DNA of 10,967 nucleotides, taken from Gammaproteobacteria bacterium. GTDB lineage: Bacteria; Pseudomonadota; Gammaproteobacteria; CAJXQU01. Within the stretch, counting starts at the first letter, position 1; each line of letters begins with the position of its first letter. Under the pieces are notes generated by a model, which saw only the letters and a list, made by a program, of their open reading frames with translations, was not told where the DNA came from and ran no database searches. Positions 9,327 through 10,967 of this stretch are shown in pieces. The translations under genes and the position numbers were made by a program. Location: the NCBI GenBank assembly GCA_965238175.1, contig CBDEGZ010000001.1:1-10967 (forward strand). The letters run 5' to 3'.

Positions 9327-9635
9327 ATGAGCCTAAGTGGCAAACAACTAGATTATCTCCGCGGCCTTGCACACTCGTTGAAGCCGATCGTTGCGATCGG
9401 ACAGTCTGGGTTATCAGCGGCAGTCATCGCAGAAACCGATCTTGCGCTCGCCCACCACGAACTCATAAAAGTGCGACTGCCGGCGATCGACCGGCAACAA
9501 CGTCACGCCTTGCTTGAGAACCTCGCCGAGTCCACCGAATCCATAGTGGTACAACGCGTAGGCCGAAACGGTACGCTGTATAAAGCCGGCGAATCCGGCC
9601 GGATCAAGCTACCACCACCAAAAGCCGTAAGTTAG
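9327..9635 (+). CDS. yhbY: YhbY family RNA-binding (CRM domain) ribosome assembly protein
   Basis: From the ATG at 9327: MSLSGKQLDYLRGLAHSLKPIVAIGQSGL...ALAHHELIKVRL...VVQRVGR...LYK (102 aa). Divergent from rlmE, as in E. coli. Confidence 0.94.
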   Translation: MSLSGKQLDYLRGLAHSLKPIVAIGQSGLSAAVIAETDLALAHHELIKVRLPAIDRQQRHALLENLAESTESIVVQRVGRNGTLYKAGESGRIKLPPPKAVS

Positions 9636-9750
9636 CAACGAGAAATATGCGACGAATAGCAGCACAACTAACGATCCGCGACGACGCTACGACAATGAAA
9701 CAAAATTGTAGCTGCTCTTATACTGGCTAAGCGTTAAGGCGTTACCGCCA

Positions 9751-10540
9751 ATGTGCTTTATTCTGTTTGCAATCCACGCGCATCCCGGGTTTCCGTTAAT
9801 CGTCGCGGGTAATCGTGACGAAAACTACGCACGCGCAACCGCCGACGCCGACTATTGGGCAGACGATGCCGGCGTGCTGGCTGGCCGCGACCTTGTCGCC
9901 GGCGGCACCTGGCTCGGCCGTCAATCGTCCGAGGTCAATTTGCCGCGTTGACTAACTTCCGCGACGGGCAGGCGGCGGTATCGACTGGACCTAGTCGTGG
10001 CGAACTGGTCAAAAACTATCTTCTCGCGAAGGACGATGACGAATACACCGCAAAGTTGCTGACCGAACGTCACCGCTACCAGGGGTTTAATCTCGTCTAT
10101 GGGCGAGGCCCGAATCTGCGCTACGTATCCAACCGAATCGACCAACGAGCAACGCCTATTGAACCCGGATTGCCACGCCCTAAGTAACGGAACCCTGAAC
10201 GATCCATGGCCAAAGGTTCTTCGGGGCAAGCGTGCACTCACGCAAATATTGACTACAGCGGAGGATGCCGAAACGTTGCCGACGGAATCAATCTTCGCCC
10301 TATTGAAGGATCAAGGTAACCGACCCGGATGCATGTCTTCCCGATACAGGAATTGGTCATAAACGCGAACGCGATCTTGCGCCGATATTTATTCAGACAG
10401 CGGATTACGGCACGCGCTGCTCAACCGTTGTGGGCTTTGGATCCGGGGGTAATGTGAATTTTGCGGAGCGGCGTTTCAATGCTGCAGGGGACGCCGTCGG
10501 TACGAGTCAACGCCAATTTTCGATTGCTGAGACGGCCTGA
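9751..10540 (+). CDS. NRDE/TANGO2 family protein (DUF833), about four probable sequencing frameshifts
   Basis: N-terminal MCFI, then LIVAGNRDE, GRDLVAGGTWLG, FAALTNFR, SRGELV, YQGFNLV, HALSNGTLNDPWPKV and, by manual translation, LAPIFI and YGTRCSTV. TGA at 10538-10540; shifts near 9918, 9929, 10173 and 10315. Confidence 0.92.
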
Positions 10541-10575
10541 TGACGAATTAGCCCGAATTATATGCCTGATCGCGC

Positions 10576-10967
10576 TTAAGCGTAGGTGACCGTCAAAAAT
10601 CTCGTAGTGCCGAACCCCACCGGGGTGTTTTCACGTCAACCTCATCGCCCTCGGCCTTGCCAATAAGCGCCCGTGCGATTGGCGAGCTGATCGAAATTTG
10701 GCCCCTGTCGATATCCGCCTCTAAATCGCCGACAATCTGATAGCTAACCTCGCTGTCTTGATCGGCGTCGTACAACTTAAGGGTAGACCCGAATACGACT
10801 TTTTCCATTCGCATTCAACTTCGTGGGATCGATTACCTCGGCGCCGCTCAATTGCGACTCAAGTTCTGAGATGCGGCCTTCGATGAAGCCTTGTTGCTCT
10901 CGGGCTGCACTGTACTCGGCGTTTTCGGAAAGGTCGCCATGCGCACGCGCTTCGGCGATCGCCTTAA
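10576..10967 (-). CDS. greA: Transcription elongation factor GreA (3' part; probable sequencing frameshifts)
   Basis: Manual translation gives [32 protein letters not shown], then KVVFGST, YQIVG and [14 protein letters not shown]. Extra bases near 10803, 10621 and 10597; the corrected end is EILTVTYA* at 10576. Confidence 0.95.

Noticed and set aside
10541-10582. Bidirectional terminator between convergent NRDE and greA
   Set aside because: Only a short CGAATTA direct repeat and a 10-bp palindrome (CGCTTAAGCG) over the greA stop are present, with no stem-loop carrying U-tracts.

Overview
This is a housekeeping region of a probable gammaproteobacterial chromosome. Reading the minus strand from the right end: greA (partial), then a plus-strand yhbY plus an NRDE/TANGO2-family gene, then rlmE, ftsH, folP, glmM, tpiA, secG, tRNA-Leu(GAG), nuoA, nuoB, nuoC and nuoD (partial). 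Almost every gene carries one to four frameshifts, about 20 in total and mostly single extra bases. These are best explained as long-read sequencing errors rather than pseudogenes. I see no mobile element, CRISPR array or clearly novel multi-gene system. The features most worth following up are: (i) a 655-bp rlmE-ftsH spacer with a candidate structured RNA, a terminator, an operator-like palindrome and tandem repeats; (ii) a SecG with a reconstructed ~98-aa acidic tail carrying repeated VP motifs; (iii) a G-U-rich, strand-specific hairpin between glmM and tpiA; (iv) an NRDE/TANGO2 gene between yhbY and greA.
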